This document shows, in pieces, positions 1 through 9,500 of a stretch of DNA of 32,000 nt. Location: the NCBI RefSeq assembly GCF_947492175.1, contig NZ_CANLMQ010000019.1; one strand, given 5' to 3'. Origin of the DNA: an uncultured Draconibacterium sp. Lineage in GTDB: Bacteria; Bacteroidota; Bacteroidia; Bacteroidales; Prolixibacteraceae. The number at the start of each line of letters is the position of its first letter. Position 1 is the stretch's first letter. The position numbers and the translations under genes are program-made. The notes beneath the pieces were generated by a model. That model was not told the DNA's origin and did not search any database. It was given only the letters and a program-made list of their open reading frames with translations.

Positions 1-105
1 TAATTCTTCAGGGGCATTATCTCCGATAAAAACACCGTGCCAGGGATGTGATTTGTAACGAAGTCCCATTAATCGTCCAATGGGATCCGAAATTCTATCT
101 ACCAT
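1..105 (-). CDS. ppa: inorganic diphosphatase (family I), first 35 codons only; the gene runs off the left edge
   Basis: Own translation of the minus strand from the ATG at 105-103 gives MVDRISDPIGRLMGLRYKSHPWHGVFIGDNAPEEL. The HPWHG..IG..APE block is the typical N-terminus of soluble family I pyrophosphatases. It is not in the ORF track because it is truncated. Confidence 0.55.
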   Translation of the reverse strand, partial: MVDRISDPIGRLMGLRYKSHPWHGVFIGDNAPEEL

Positions 106-187
106 ATAGTTAATATTTTGCTTTATTTCTGAAACCAATAGTAAGCAATTATGTTCAAATATTTGTTTCCGGTGGATTATTATTTTA

Positions 188-1657
188 TTAAACTATTGAT
201 TTTCCTGCCCGGCCTCCGGCTTTATCAACAGCTGTCACAATTATTTCGTTGCCCGTTTCCTTTAGTTCAAATTCGAAAGGCTTACTTTTGAGTAGCTGCG
301 GTTTGTGCTCCACTTTCCCCACCAGCTGTTCATTTACCATTATTTCGTAATGAGAAACAGGCGCTTCATCAGCAAGGGCCGATTGCCACGTTAGTTTATT
401 TTCTTCGAGCTTTATATCTCTTGGAGCCGAAAGCTCTTTCTTCTCGATTGCCTGAAAATAGTTACTTTGAGGTTTTACCGCTCTGGCCTGCTCCTCAATA
501 CGTTTTCTTTCTTCCATACTCATTCCGTCAGGAGCAATTTGTGCTGCATAAAAATTCTGCACAAGTTGGCATTTCACAGGATCATCGTCTATCTGACCAA
601 TTCCAATTATTAAAGTATGCACACCAGGTGTTGTAAGCGAATATTCAATAAGTGGTTTACTTGGTAATTCCGGAGTTCCCACCTTTCTAAAAACATCAAC
701 CGGAGTTTGCGACCAACGCGGTTCTTTATGATACATGGCAGCATCGGCAAAAACTTTCATGCCAATAATCCCCATTCCTTTGGCTTCGGCAATTGGAATT
801 ACATTGTGTTGCATGTTCATTTTAGTTTTGTCGTTGGCATTAATTGCAATCAACATACCATCTAAAATTCCAAATTCATCGCGCTGAATCATATCCATCA
901 TTGCCGGCGGATTGGCATGCCCCGAAAAACCAATATGTTTTATAAGTTTCTCATTTTTCGGATTCATTCCTGTATGATTGGTTCCGTCGCGCAAATCGCG
1001 CAGAGCGACCAAAGCCCCAAAATTACCATCAGGATTAAGAGGTGTTTCCAAACCTTCGTAAAGTACATCAACCTCATCGGTGTTGTGCAGCGTATGACAA
1101 AGTACCATATCCAGATAAGCTCCTTCAGGATAAAATCCTTTTCCATCGCCAAAAATCTGAGTAAGCGAACGTTTCACATCGTCAACTGCACATTTTACGT
1201 TTTCTCCATTCGACCAGTTATTAACATTTTCGCGTTCCGGCCAACCGGGTTTTCCCCAGCGCATTCCGGTTTTACTGGTTAACCAGATTGACTCCCGCAA
1301 TGTTTTGTTATAATTTTCTTTCCCCGGAATCAGGTTTAATTTCTCAAAAGCAGAATGGAAATGCAACTGGCTTTTCGCATATAAATTCGAAGTATCGAAG
1401 TAATTTACTCCCAATTCGAATGCCTTTAAGATAATAGGAACAGGATCAACATCTTCGGGAGTCCACTGAATGGATGCCTGCCCGCCTAAACCAAGTGTTG
1501 TTACATTAAAACCAAGTTTACCAAACGGACGTTTCATTGGCTCCGGAACTTTTTCAGTATTGCAGGCACCTAAACTCATTGTTGACACTGCAGCCGTTGT
1601 TGCTGCCGAAACTTTTATAAAGTTTCTTCTTGATACAGGATATTTCTTGTTGTTCAT
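188..1657 (-). CDS. aldo/keto reductase with a twin-arginine (Tat) signal, a possible lipobox and a C-terminal FN3-like domain
   Basis: The N-terminus SRRNFIK followed by a hydrophobic stretch matches the Tat motif S-R-R-x-F-L-K, and SLGAC is lipobox-like. AKR core blocks are present (LGLGG, GVNYFDTSNLY, LTSKTG, VLCHTLH). The last ~85 aa (LTW..., HYEI..., VTAVDKAGG) look like a beta-sandwich/FN3 domain. Confidence 0.8.
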   Translation of the reverse strand: MNNKKYPVSRRNFIKVSAATTAAVSTMSLGACNTEKVPEPMKRPFGKLGFNVTTLGLGGQASIQWTPEDVDPVPIILKAFELGVNYFDTSNLYAKSQLHFHSAFEKLNLIPGKENYNKTLRESIWLTSKTGMRWGKPGWPERENVNNWSNGENVKCAVDDVKRSLTQIFGDGKGFYPEGAYLDMVLCHTLHNTDEVDVLYEGLETPLNPDGNFGALVALRDLRDGTNHTGMNPKNEKLIKHIGFSGHANPPAMMDMIQRDEFGILDGMLIAINANDKTKMNMQHNVIPIAEAKGMGIIGMKVFADAAMYHKEPRWSQTPVDVFRKVGTPELPSKPLIEYSLTTPGVHTLIIGIGQIDDDPVKCQLVQNFYAAQIAPDGMSMEERKRIEEQARAVKPQSNYFQAIEKKELSAPRDIKLEENKLTWQSALADEAPVSHYEIMVNEQLVGKVEHKPQLLKSKPFEFELKETGNEIIVTAVDKAGGRAGKSIV

Positions 1658-1694
1658 AGTTGGTTATTTAATATATAGTGTTTCCTATCCGTTT

Positions 1695-2243
1695 TCAACC
1701 TTCATCATTCCTTTTAAACCCAACTCTTTTTCGTGGTTCCGGGTTTTCATGTTTTTCCATTAACTCATCCAGATAATTAAAAACTAATTCAAGATTTTTG
1801 TCCTGACTATGAAGTCTTTGTTTTATTTCTTCGATATCCAGTTTTAAATGCAGCGTGTCCATTAACATCGAACGCATTTTTATAAATATCTCAATTATTT
1901 TAATACTGACTTGTGTTGCCCTACTACTTTTTAATACATTGGCTACTTGTAATACTCCATGCTCTGTAAACTCAAGTGGGAGGGCACCACCCAAATGTTG
2001 TTTTGAAGGTATCGCATTTTGCGATACCATAATTTCAGCTTCTTCAGTTGATAATTGAAACATAAAGTGCTGCGGAAACTTTTCAATATTCCGGCGAACT
2101 TGTTCTCTCAAACGAATTGCTTTTACTTCAAAAAGCTCTGCTAAATCCTTATCTAGCATAACTTTCTCTCCCCTAATAAAATATATTTTGCTTATTATGG
2201 TTTCATCTGGTAAAAGCAAAGCCGCTCGTTTATTTTCGTTCAT
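1695..2243 (-). CDS. ORF6N domain-containing protein (KilA-N-related putative DNA-binding protein)
   Basis: IYFIRGEKVMLDKDLAELFEVKAIRLREQVRRNIEKFPQHFMFQLSTEE matches the ORF6N domain signature (IRG.kVmLD.DLA.ly.v....Ln..V.RN..RFP..FmFqLt.eE). The C-terminal half looks like a coiled coil. Confidence 0.7.
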   Translation of the reverse strand: MNENKRAALLLPDETIISKIYFIRGEKVMLDKDLAELFEVKAIRLREQVRRNIEKFPQHFMFQLSTEEAEIMVSQNAIPSKQHLGGALPLEFTEHGVLQVANVLKSSRATQVSIKIIEIFIKMRSMLMDTLHLKLDIEEIKQRLHSQDKNLELVFNYLDELMEKHENPEPRKRVGFKRNDEG

Positions 2244-2299
2244 TCCTATTAACTATTTATAACAATTTTGTTTACCAATACTGCTTCTAACAATTTTTT

Positions 2300-3838
2300 T
2301 CAACCTCCCCAGTTCTCACGATCCAAACTTCGGTAATGAATGGCTTCCGACAAATGATGGGCCTGCACATTATCCTCGGCCTCCAAATCGGCAATAGTTC
2401 GGGCAACTTTTAAAATACGGTCGTATGCACGGGCCGAAAGCCCAAGACGATCCATGGCATTCTTTATTAACTCGTGACTTTCTTCATCCAGAATAACATG
2501 TTCCCGAATTAATTTCGAACTCATTTGCGCATTGGCATAAACTCCTTTATCCTCGGTAAAACGTTCTTCCTGAATTTTCCGGGCCTCTAAAACCCTGACA
2601 CGAACCGCTTCACTGCTTTCTGACGAATTCATTTCGGCCAGCTTTTTAAACGGAACGGGAACAACTTCCAGATGAATATCAATTCGATCCAATAACGGAC
2701 CGGAAATTTTATTGAGGTATTTCTGTACAACTCCCGGAGCACAAACACATTCTTTGGTGGGATGATTGTAATAACCACACGGACAAGGATTCATGGATGC
2801 AACCAGCATAAAACTTGCCGGGTATTCGACTGAAAACTTCGCCCTGGAAATGGTGATATTCCGGTCTTCCAAAGGCTGGCGCATAACTTCCAGTACAGTT
2901 CGTTTAAACTCAGGAAGTTCGTCGAGAAAAAGTACGCCATTATGAGCCAGCGATATCTCACCAGGTTGCGGGTAATTTCCTCCGCCTACCAAAGCCACGT
3001 CGGAAATAGTATGATGCGGGCTGCGAAACGGGCGCCTAGTCATGAGTGAGGCTTCTTTATCGATTTTTCCAACAACAGAATGAATTTTTGTGGTTTCCAG
3101 TGCCTCCTTTAACGAAAACGGAGGAAGTACCGTAGGTATTCGTTTTGCCAGCATGGTTTTTCCCGACCCGGGCGGGCCAACCAAAATAATATTATGACTT
3201 CCGGCAGCTGCAATTTCGAGTGCACGCTTTACATTCTCCTGTCCTTTCACATCCGAAAAATCGAGCGGATTATTATTAACCTGTGCATAAAACTCGGCCC
3301 TTGTATCAATAATCGTTTGTTCTAAATTCTGCTCTCCGTTCAAAAAGTTAATTACATCAATTATATTTTCAGCCCCGTAAACTTTTAACCGATCTACCAC
3401 AGCTGCCTCGCGTGCATTCTGCTTGGGAAGAATAAAACCTTCAAAACCTTCTTTACGCGCATTAATGGCAATGGGTAAAACACCTTTAATGGGCTGCAAA
3501 GTTCCATCAAGCGAGAGTTCTCCCATTAAAACATATTTTGAAAGTGAGGATGATTCGATTTGTTTTGACGCAGCTAAAACCGCAGCAGCAATTGGTAAAT
3601 CATACGCCGAACCTTCTTTTCGAATATCGGCAGGCGCCATGTTGATGATAATCTTTTGGCGCGGCCATTTGTATCCATTTAGCCGTAAAGCCGATTCTAT
3701 CCGTTGCTGACTTTCTTTTACGGCACTGTCGGGCAAACCAACCAATAGAAATTTAATTCCGGTGGTAACATCAACTTCAATGGTAATGGTGGTGGCATCG
3801 ATTCCAAATACTGCACTTCCGAAGGTTTTAACTAACAT
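2300..3838 (-). CDS. comM: YifB/ComM family Mg-chelatase-like AAA+ ATPase
   Basis: Full-length 512 aa with an N-terminal Lon-protease-like domain. It has a Walker A (GPPGSGKT), a Walker B (LFLDELPEF) and the C-terminal Mg-chelatase subunit ChlI-like helical domain typical of ComM/YifB. Confidence 0.9.
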   Translation of the reverse strand: MLVKTFGSAVFGIDATTITIEVDVTTGIKFLLVGLPDSAVKESQQRIESALRLNGYKWPRQKIIINMAPADIRKEGSAYDLPIAAAVLAASKQIESSSLSKYVLMGELSLDGTLQPIKGVLPIAINARKEGFEGFILPKQNAREAAVVDRLKVYGAENIIDVINFLNGEQNLEQTIIDTRAEFYAQVNNNPLDFSDVKGQENVKRALEIAAAGSHNIILVGPPGSGKTMLAKRIPTVLPPFSLKEALETTKIHSVVGKIDKEASLMTRRPFRSPHHTISDVALVGGGNYPQPGEISLAHNGVLFLDELPEFKRTVLEVMRQPLEDRNITISRAKFSVEYPASFMLVASMNPCPCGYYNHPTKECVCAPGVVQKYLNKISGPLLDRIDIHLEVVPVPFKKLAEMNSSESSEAVRVRVLEARKIQEERFTEDKGVYANAQMSSKLIREHVILDEESHELIKNAMDRLGLSARAYDRILKVARTIADLEAEDNVQAHHLSEAIHYRSLDRENWGG

Positions 3839-3964
3839 AAACGGGGATTTTATTGATAATCAGTTAAAATTAAGGAATTTGAGCGAAAATTAAAACCCAA
3901 ACGGGAGATAACATAAATTTGGAAATAAGTAATACGAACGGAACAAAGAAAGTGTCCCAAGAAA

Positions 3965-4894
3965 CTAGTATAACTTTTTTCGTTTTACCAGATACGAAAA
4001 TAAAACCTGCTGAAAATCCTTATTAATATCAGCTTCTGCCAGATCAATCTGATACTGACCACATTTCACTTTCAAGTCTTCGAAATAATTCTTAATTGTT
4101 GAAACGTAATGCTTTTTCACCTCCCAGGGATTAAACTTAACCACTTGTCCACTTTCTAAATCAACGAATCTGTGTGGCCGGTTATTAAAATCGAACTCAC
4201 GCTCCAATGTATGGTCGGTTACGTGGAAAAGAATTACCTCGTGTTTATTGTATCGCAGGTGTTGAAGAGCGGAAAAAAGTTCATCGGTTTTAGAACCATC
4301 CAACATATCGCTAAAAATAATGACCAATGAACGTTTATGAATATTCTCAGCAATTTGATGCAATACCTGTGTTGTATTTGTGCTTTTTCGGAGCCTGGCA
4401 TTTTCCGGCTGTATCAATTTTGATAATTCGCCATACATAAGCTCGGCATTTACCGAAGAAATACGAGGATCTGTATGAAATTCAATTTCATCAGAAAAAA
4501 GTGTTAGGCCAACGGCATCGCGCTGCTTTCGCATTAAATAAATTAAAGCAGCAGCTGTATAAACCGAAAAAGCAAGTTTGTTTTGAAGGTGTTTTTTCCC
4601 TTTGGAATACGGGAAAAGCATGGATGAAGAAGTATCGATAACCAGTTGACAGCGAAGATTTGTTTCCTCTTCGTATTGTTTTACAAACAATTTGTCGGTA
4701 CGGGCAAACAATTTCCAGTCGATGTGTTTAGTTGACTCCCCCTGGTTATAAAGACGATGTTCGGCAAACTCCACCGAAAATCCATGAAACGGACTTCGAT
4801 GCAAGCCGGTTATAAAACCTTCAACCACCTCGTGTGCGATTAAGCCCAGGTTATCGAACTGGTGAAACTGTTCTATGTCGAAAACATTCTTCAA
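3965..4894 (-). CDS. DUF58 domain-containing protein (vWA-like, MoxR-associated family)
   Basis: GLHRSPFHGFSVEFAEHRLYNQGESTKHIDWKLFARTDKLFVKQYEEE...VIDTSSSM is the DUF58 signature. The only in-frame start at the ORF head is TTG (4894-4892), so the start is less certain than the gene call. Confidence 0.8.
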   Translation of the reverse strand: MKNVFDIEQFHQFDNLGLIAHEVVEGFITGLHRSPFHGFSVEFAEHRLYNQGESTKHIDWKLFARTDKLFVKQYEEETNLRCQLVIDTSSSMLFPYSKGKKHLQNKLAFSVYTAAALIYLMRKQRDAVGLTLFSDEIEFHTDPRISSVNAELMYGELSKLIQPENARLRKSTNTTQVLHQIAENIHKRSLVIIFSDMLDGSKTDELFSALQHLRYNKHEVILFHVTDHTLEREFDFNNRPHRFVDLESGQVVKFNPWEVKKHYVSTIKNYFEDLKVKCGQYQIDLAEADINKDFQQVLFSYLVKRKKLY

Positions 4895-4900
4895 GCCAAA

Positions 4901-4955
4901 TGAAAATAAAAACTGTCATTTCAATCCATCAAACGAGAGATAGAAACGACAGTTT
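4901..4955 (-). terminator. intrinsic terminator downstream of trxA
   Basis: On the minus strand, AAACUGUCGUUUC (4955-4943) pairs with GAAAUGACAGUUU (4922-4910). That is 13 bp including one G-U, with a 20-nt loop, followed by UUUUAUUUUCA. Confidence 0.55.
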
Positions 4956-4971
4956 AACTATTTAAAATATC

Positions 4972-5289
4972 TTATAGTAGTGCATCCAATTTTGCTGTAA
5001 ATGTTGCTTTTGGAGCAGCTCCAACTTGTTTGTCGACTACTTCGCCACCTTTAACAAAAAGCACAGTAGGAATATTTCTGATTCCATACTTCATTGCAAC
5101 TTCCTGGTTATTGTCAACATCAACTTTTCCAATAACCGCTTTACCATCATATTCTGCCGACATTTCCTCAACAATAGGAGCAATCATACGACATGGGCCA
5201 CACCAAACTGCCCAAAAATCCAACATAACGGGTTTGTCTGAATTCATTACCAATTCTTCGAAATTGGCATCTGTAATTTCTAAAGCCAT
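4972..5289 (-). CDS. trxA: thioredoxin
   Basis: 105 aa with the WCGPC active site and a typical TrxA length and layout. Confidence 0.95.
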   Translation of the reverse strand: MALEITDANFEELVMNSDKPVMLDFWAVWCGPCRMIAPIVEEMSAEYDGKAVIGKVDVDNNQEVAMKYGIRNIPTVLFVKGGEVVDKQVGAAPKATFTAKLDALL

Positions 5290-5336
5290 AACTTATAATT
5301 TTTAAATTGTTGTTCTAAATTGTGCCACAAAACTAG

Positions 5337-8300
5337 CTAATTAATTCTATAACTAATGTCCGCTTGTTCATCAAAAAAGCGAAGAAACTTATCTGAAGGA
5401 TTGACCCTTGCTGTTCTTGAAAACATTTTAATAAACATATTGTTTTCGGGATCGTACACATTAAAATTCAGCAGTGTTTTCCCTTTGTGATCTTCTACCA
5501 GATTTTCAATGGTCTGCACCATTTTTTCGGTGATTTTTTGTAAAGGTAAGTTAATAGTTATACTCTTTACATAACTTTCGCGTACCTCCGAGAGCAACTC
5601 AATACTTGTTACTTTAAACTCGTAAAAGTCACTGTTAAACCTCGATCTTACCGATCCTCTGACCATTAGAAAAAGACCTGCTTTACAGTATTTACTGAAG
5701 TTTACATAGTCTTTCCCGAAGAAAAACAATTCTTTTGAATCGGTATAATCAGAAAGAGTGAGCGTAGCATATGGATTTCCATTTTTTGAGGTTCCTTCCC
5801 GGGCTGCTGTCACCATTCCTCCAAATGTATAATCCCTGTCTTTGTATTGTTCTATATTGTTATTTAAATCTTTTAAAGCTATATCTTTCGAGCAAAAATT
5901 ATTGATTTCCAAAGCATAATCATCCAATGGATGAGCCGTTAAATAGATACCAATCAGGTTCTTTTCTTTTTCGAGTAGAATAAGTTTTGCCCATTCGTCA
6001 ACACGTGGAATAGGTGGTTTCTGAATATCCTGGCCACCGCCCATTCCTCCAAATAAACTTTGCTGAGCACTTTGGGCCTCCAACTGAACACGGTTTCCAT
6101 ACCGAATTAACTTTTCGATAAATGTTGTCGTATCATGTTCATCGTCGCCGGCAAAAAAGCTACTTCTTTTTGTTCCTTCCAGGTTATCAAAAGCACCAGC
6201 CATAGCAAGTGCTTCAAGGTTTTTCTTATTTACCGACTGCAAGCTAACATTTTCAACTAAATCGTAAACTGTTTTGAATTCGCCGTTGGCTTTCCGAATA
6301 TCAATTATATTTTGCACCGCGGCCGAACCAACTCCTTTAATTGCCCCCATTCCAAAACGGATATCTCCATTTTTATTAGCCGTAAACTTGATAAAACTTT
6401 CATTTACATCAGGCCCCAAAACATTAAGCTTCATTCGTTTACACTCAGTCATCAATTTAGTAATATCGGCAATATTACTGAGGTTTCGACTAAGGTTGGC
6501 AGCCATAAATTCTGCCGGGTAATGTGCCTTTAAATAACCAGTTTGATAGGCAATGTAGGCATAACAAACCGAGTGCGATTTATTAAATGCGTACGATGCA
6601 AATGCCTCCCAGTCTTTCCATATCTTCTCAATTACTTCTTCCGGTTTCTTCCCTTTGTTTTTGCATTCATCAACAAACTGAAAGTTGGCCTTACAGCCAT
6701 CCACAAACTTCACTTTCAGTTTATTCATAACAGCCATAATCTTCTTACCCATTGCCTTACGAAGCGTATCGGAGTCACCCCGGGTAAAACCAGCAAGCAA
6801 TCGCGACAGTAACATTACTTGCTCCTGAAAGACTGTAATACCATACGTATCATTCAGGTATTTTTCCATCATTGGAACATCGTAATCCACCTTTTGCCTA
6901 CCATGTTTACGAGCAATATAATCCGGAATATATTCCATCGGTCCCGGACGATATAATGCATTCATCGCGACCAAATCCTCAAATCGGTTGGGTTTCAGGT
7001 CGCGAAGATGTTTTTTCATTCCATCGGATTCAAACTGGAATATCGCTGTAGTTTCGCCATGACTAAAAAGCTCGAAGGTTTTCTCATCCTCCAGCGTAAT
7101 TTTGTTAATGTCGATTTTAATTCCTCTCGAAAGCCGGATATTTTCAAGACATTCTTTTATAATAGAAAGCGTTTTTAATCCCAGAAAGTCCATCTTCAAC
7201 AAACCGATATCCTCTACAAACCGCCCATCGTATTGGGTTGTTAAAAGATTTTCTTCTTTTGTTGGCATCAACGGGATGTGATCAGATAATGGATCGCGGC
7301 TGATAAGAATACCACAGGCATGCACGCCAGTTTGGCGCACCGAACCTTCAAGCGATTCGGCAAACTTCATGGTTTGTGCTACCAATTCAATAGGCGATTC
7401 TTTCTCCTGTTTTAACTCAGGGCTTTCGGCAAAAGCTTTTTTAAAACTCATTTTCGGAGCGTCGGGCACCAGTTTTGCCAGCCGATCAGCCTCTGGAAGA
7501 GGAAGTTTTAAAACCCGCGCCACATCGCGAATCGATGATTTTGTAGCCATAGTACCAAAGGTACAAATGTGAGCTACTTTGTCCTGTCCGTATTTATCGG
7601 TTACATAGTCCAATACCGCCTGACGACCATCATCATCAAAATCAATATCCACATCGGGAAGTGAAATACGGTCGGGATTTAAGAAACGCTCAAACAGCAA
7701 GTCGTATTTAATAGGGTCGATGTTGGTAATACCGGAACAATAAGCAACTGCTGCTCCGGCCGCCGATCCACGTCCCGGGCCAACAATAACACCATTGTCT
7801 TTTGCCCAGTTAATAAAATCCTGGGTAATAAGGAAGTACCCGGGATATCCCATTACTTTAATGGTATTTAGCTCAAATTCCAAACGTTCGACCACATGTT
7901 TTTCGAGTGGATCACCATATCGTTCTTTAGCGCCTTCGAAAGCAAGATGTTCCAGAAAAGCCGATTCGAGTTTTACACGCAATACCTTATCATATCCTCC
8001 TAACCGCTCGAAAGCATCGTTGCCAAACTCTCCGCGTAAGTCTTCCTCTGAATATTTTTCACGAAATTCTTCTTCAGTTCCAATTTCTTCAGGAATGGGG
8101 AAAACCGGCATAATAGGAGCTGAATCCAGTTCAAAACTCTCAATTTTTTCGGCAATTTCAGTTGTGTTTTGCAGCGCCTCCGGAAGATCGGAAAACAGCT
8201 CATTCATTTCGGACTGCGTTTTAAACCACTCTTGTTTAGTGTAACGCATCCGGTTCGGATCATCAAAATCTTTTCCGGTATTTAAACAGATAAGCAAGTC

Positions 8301-8981
8301 GTGCGCATCGGCATCTTCAGCATTGGTGAAGTGAATATCGTTGGTTGCGATTAATTTCACTCCCAGTCTTTTGGCCATTGGAACTAACACCTTATTCACC
8401 TTCACCTGCCAGTCGTAAACATCTTCGCGTTGTTGCTGCGCTTCTGCCGGATGGCGCATTAATTCCAGATAATAATCTTCTCCAAACAGATTTTTATACC
8501 ACAAAATAGCCTCTTCAGCAGCTTTCAGATCGTTGTTCATGATATGCTGCGGAATTTCGCCTCCTAAACAAGCCGATGAAACCACCAACCCTTCATGATG
8601 CTTTTCAAGAAGTGCTTTATCAATACGTGGTTTATAGTAAAAACCTTCGGTTGTAGCCACCGAAATCAATTTTATCAGGTTGCGGTACCCGACCTTGTTC
8701 TTTGCCAGCAGAATAAGGTGGTGTCCCGATCGGTCGACTTTGTCCTTTTTACTCTTGATCGAACGGGCAGCTACATAAGTTTCACATCCGAGAATGGGTT
8801 TTATTTCAGCTTTTTTACAGGAAGCATGAAACTCTTTAATCCCAAACATAGAACCATGGTCGGTGAGCGCCAAAGCATTCATGTTGTCCGACTTTGCTTT
8901 ATTAACCAGAGCACCTACGCTTGCTGCACCATCAAGAATAGAATATTGTGAGTGTACGTGTAAATGAGTAAAAGGAACCAT
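5337..8981 (-). CDS. dnaE: DNA polymerase III subunit alpha
   Basis: 1214 aa with an N-terminal PHP domain (HLHVHSQYSILDGA), the polymerase core, an HhH region and a C-terminal OB fold. The reading frame is uninterrupted. Confidence 0.97.
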   Translation of the reverse strand: MVPFTHLHVHSQYSILDGAASVGALVNKAKSDNMNALALTDHGSMFGIKEFHASCKKAEIKPILGCETYVAARSIKSKKDKVDRSGHHLILLAKNKVGYRNLIKLISVATTEGFYYKPRIDKALLEKHHEGLVVSSACLGGEIPQHIMNNDLKAAEEAILWYKNLFGEDYYLELMRHPAEAQQQREDVYDWQVKVNKVLVPMAKRLGVKLIATNDIHFTNAEDADAHDLLICLNTGKDFDDPNRMRYTKQEWFKTQSEMNELFSDLPEALQNTTEIAEKIESFELDSAPIMPVFPIPEEIGTEEEFREKYSEEDLRGEFGNDAFERLGGYDKVLRVKLESAFLEHLAFEGAKERYGDPLEKHVVERLEFELNTIKVMGYPGYFLITQDFINWAKDNGVIVGPGRGSAAGAAVAYCSGITNIDPIKYDLLFERFLNPDRISLPDVDIDFDDDGRQAVLDYVTDKYGQDKVAHICTFGTMATKSSIRDVARVLKLPLPEADRLAKLVPDAPKMSFKKAFAESPELKQEKESPIELVAQTMKFAESLEGSVRQTGVHACGILISRDPLSDHIPLMPTKEENLLTTQYDGRFVEDIGLLKMDFLGLKTLSIIKECLENIRLSRGIKIDINKITLEDEKTFELFSHGETTAIFQFESDGMKKHLRDLKPNRFEDLVAMNALYRPGPMEYIPDYIARKHGRQKVDYDVPMMEKYLNDTYGITVFQEQVMLLSRLLAGFTRGDSDTLRKAMGKKIMAVMNKLKVKFVDGCKANFQFVDECKNKGKKPEEVIEKIWKDWEAFASYAFNKSHSVCYAYIAYQTGYLKAHYPAEFMAANLSRNLSNIADITKLMTECKRMKLNVLGPDVNESFIKFTANKNGDIRFGMGAIKGVGSAAVQNIIDIRKANGEFKTVYDLVENVSLQSVNKKNLEALAMAGAFDNLEGTKRSSFFAGDDEHDTTTFIEKLIRYGNRVQLEAQSAQQSLFGGMGGGQDIQKPPIPRVDEWAKLILLEKEKNLIGIYLTAHPLDDYALEINNFCSKDIALKDLNNNIEQYKDRDYTFGGMVTAAREGTSKNGNPYATLTLSDYTDSKELFFFGKDYVNFSKYCKAGLFLMVRGSVRSRFNSDFYEFKVTSIELLSEVRESYVKSITINLPLQKITEKMVQTIENLVEDHKGKTLLNFNVYDPENNMFIKMFSRTARVNPSDKFLRFFDEQADISYRIN

Positions 8982-9071
8982 AAAAAAAGCTTGCTAAAAA
9001 AGTTCTTAAAGGTACTGATTTTGACCTCTATTTTGGGGGGATGTTAATAAAAAATGGAAGAATTAAAACTG

Positions 9072-9098
9072 AAAAAAAAGCCCGGTTTATACCGAGCT
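9072..9098 (-). terminator. intrinsic terminator downstream of the HIT gene
   Basis: On the minus strand, AGCUCGG-UAUAAA-CCGGGCU forms a 7-bp stem with one G-U, followed by a run of eight U. It starts 2 nt after the stop codon. Confidence 0.72.
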
Positions 9099-9099
9099 C

Positions 9100-9495
9100 T
9101 TAGTCAATATTTTCTGAAATTAATCTTGTTATTTCCTGAAACTCTTCGGGCGTGAATTTCTTTTTTTCCGAGAAATTAAGCAGATCGCCTTCGTTTTGCA
9201 TTGGCACCAAATGAATATGTGCATGTGGCACTTCCAGTCCTAATACCAAAACGCCAACTTTTTCACAGGGAATTGCTTTTTTCAATCCTTTTGCAACTTT
9301 TTTGGCAAACAATTGCAGCCCGGTGTATAATTCATCATCTAAATCGAAAAGGTAATCTACTTCTTTTTTCGGAATAACTAAAGTGTGACCTTTAGCAACC
9401 GGAAAAATATCGAGAAAGGCAAAATAATTTTCATCCTCGGCAACCTTATAAGCCGGAATTTCACCATTTACTATTTTCGTAAAGATACTTGACAT
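9100..9495 (-). CDS. HIT (histidine triad) family nucleotide hydrolase
   Basis: 131 aa with the histidine triad HAHIHLVP (H-x-H-x-H-x-x). Confidence 0.9.
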   Translation of the reverse strand: MSSIFTKIVNGEIPAYKVAEDENYFAFLDIFPVAKGHTLVIPKKEVDYLFDLDDELYTGLQLFAKKVAKGLKKAIPCEKVGVLVLGLEVPHAHIHLVPMQNEGDLLNFSEKKKFTPEEFQEITRLISENID

Positions 9496-9500
9496 GGTTT

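Noticed and set aside
1695-3838. ORF6N plus ComM as part of a prophage, integrative element or defence island.
   Set aside because: There is no integrase, transposase, att-like flanking repeat, tRNA target or other phage or defence gene. The neighbours are ordinary core genes.
5337-8981. A possible intein or insertion in DnaE, given its 1214 aa length.
   Set aside because: The length is normal for Bacteroidota DnaE. The frame is uninterrupted, and I saw no intein splice-junction or homing-endonuclease blocks.
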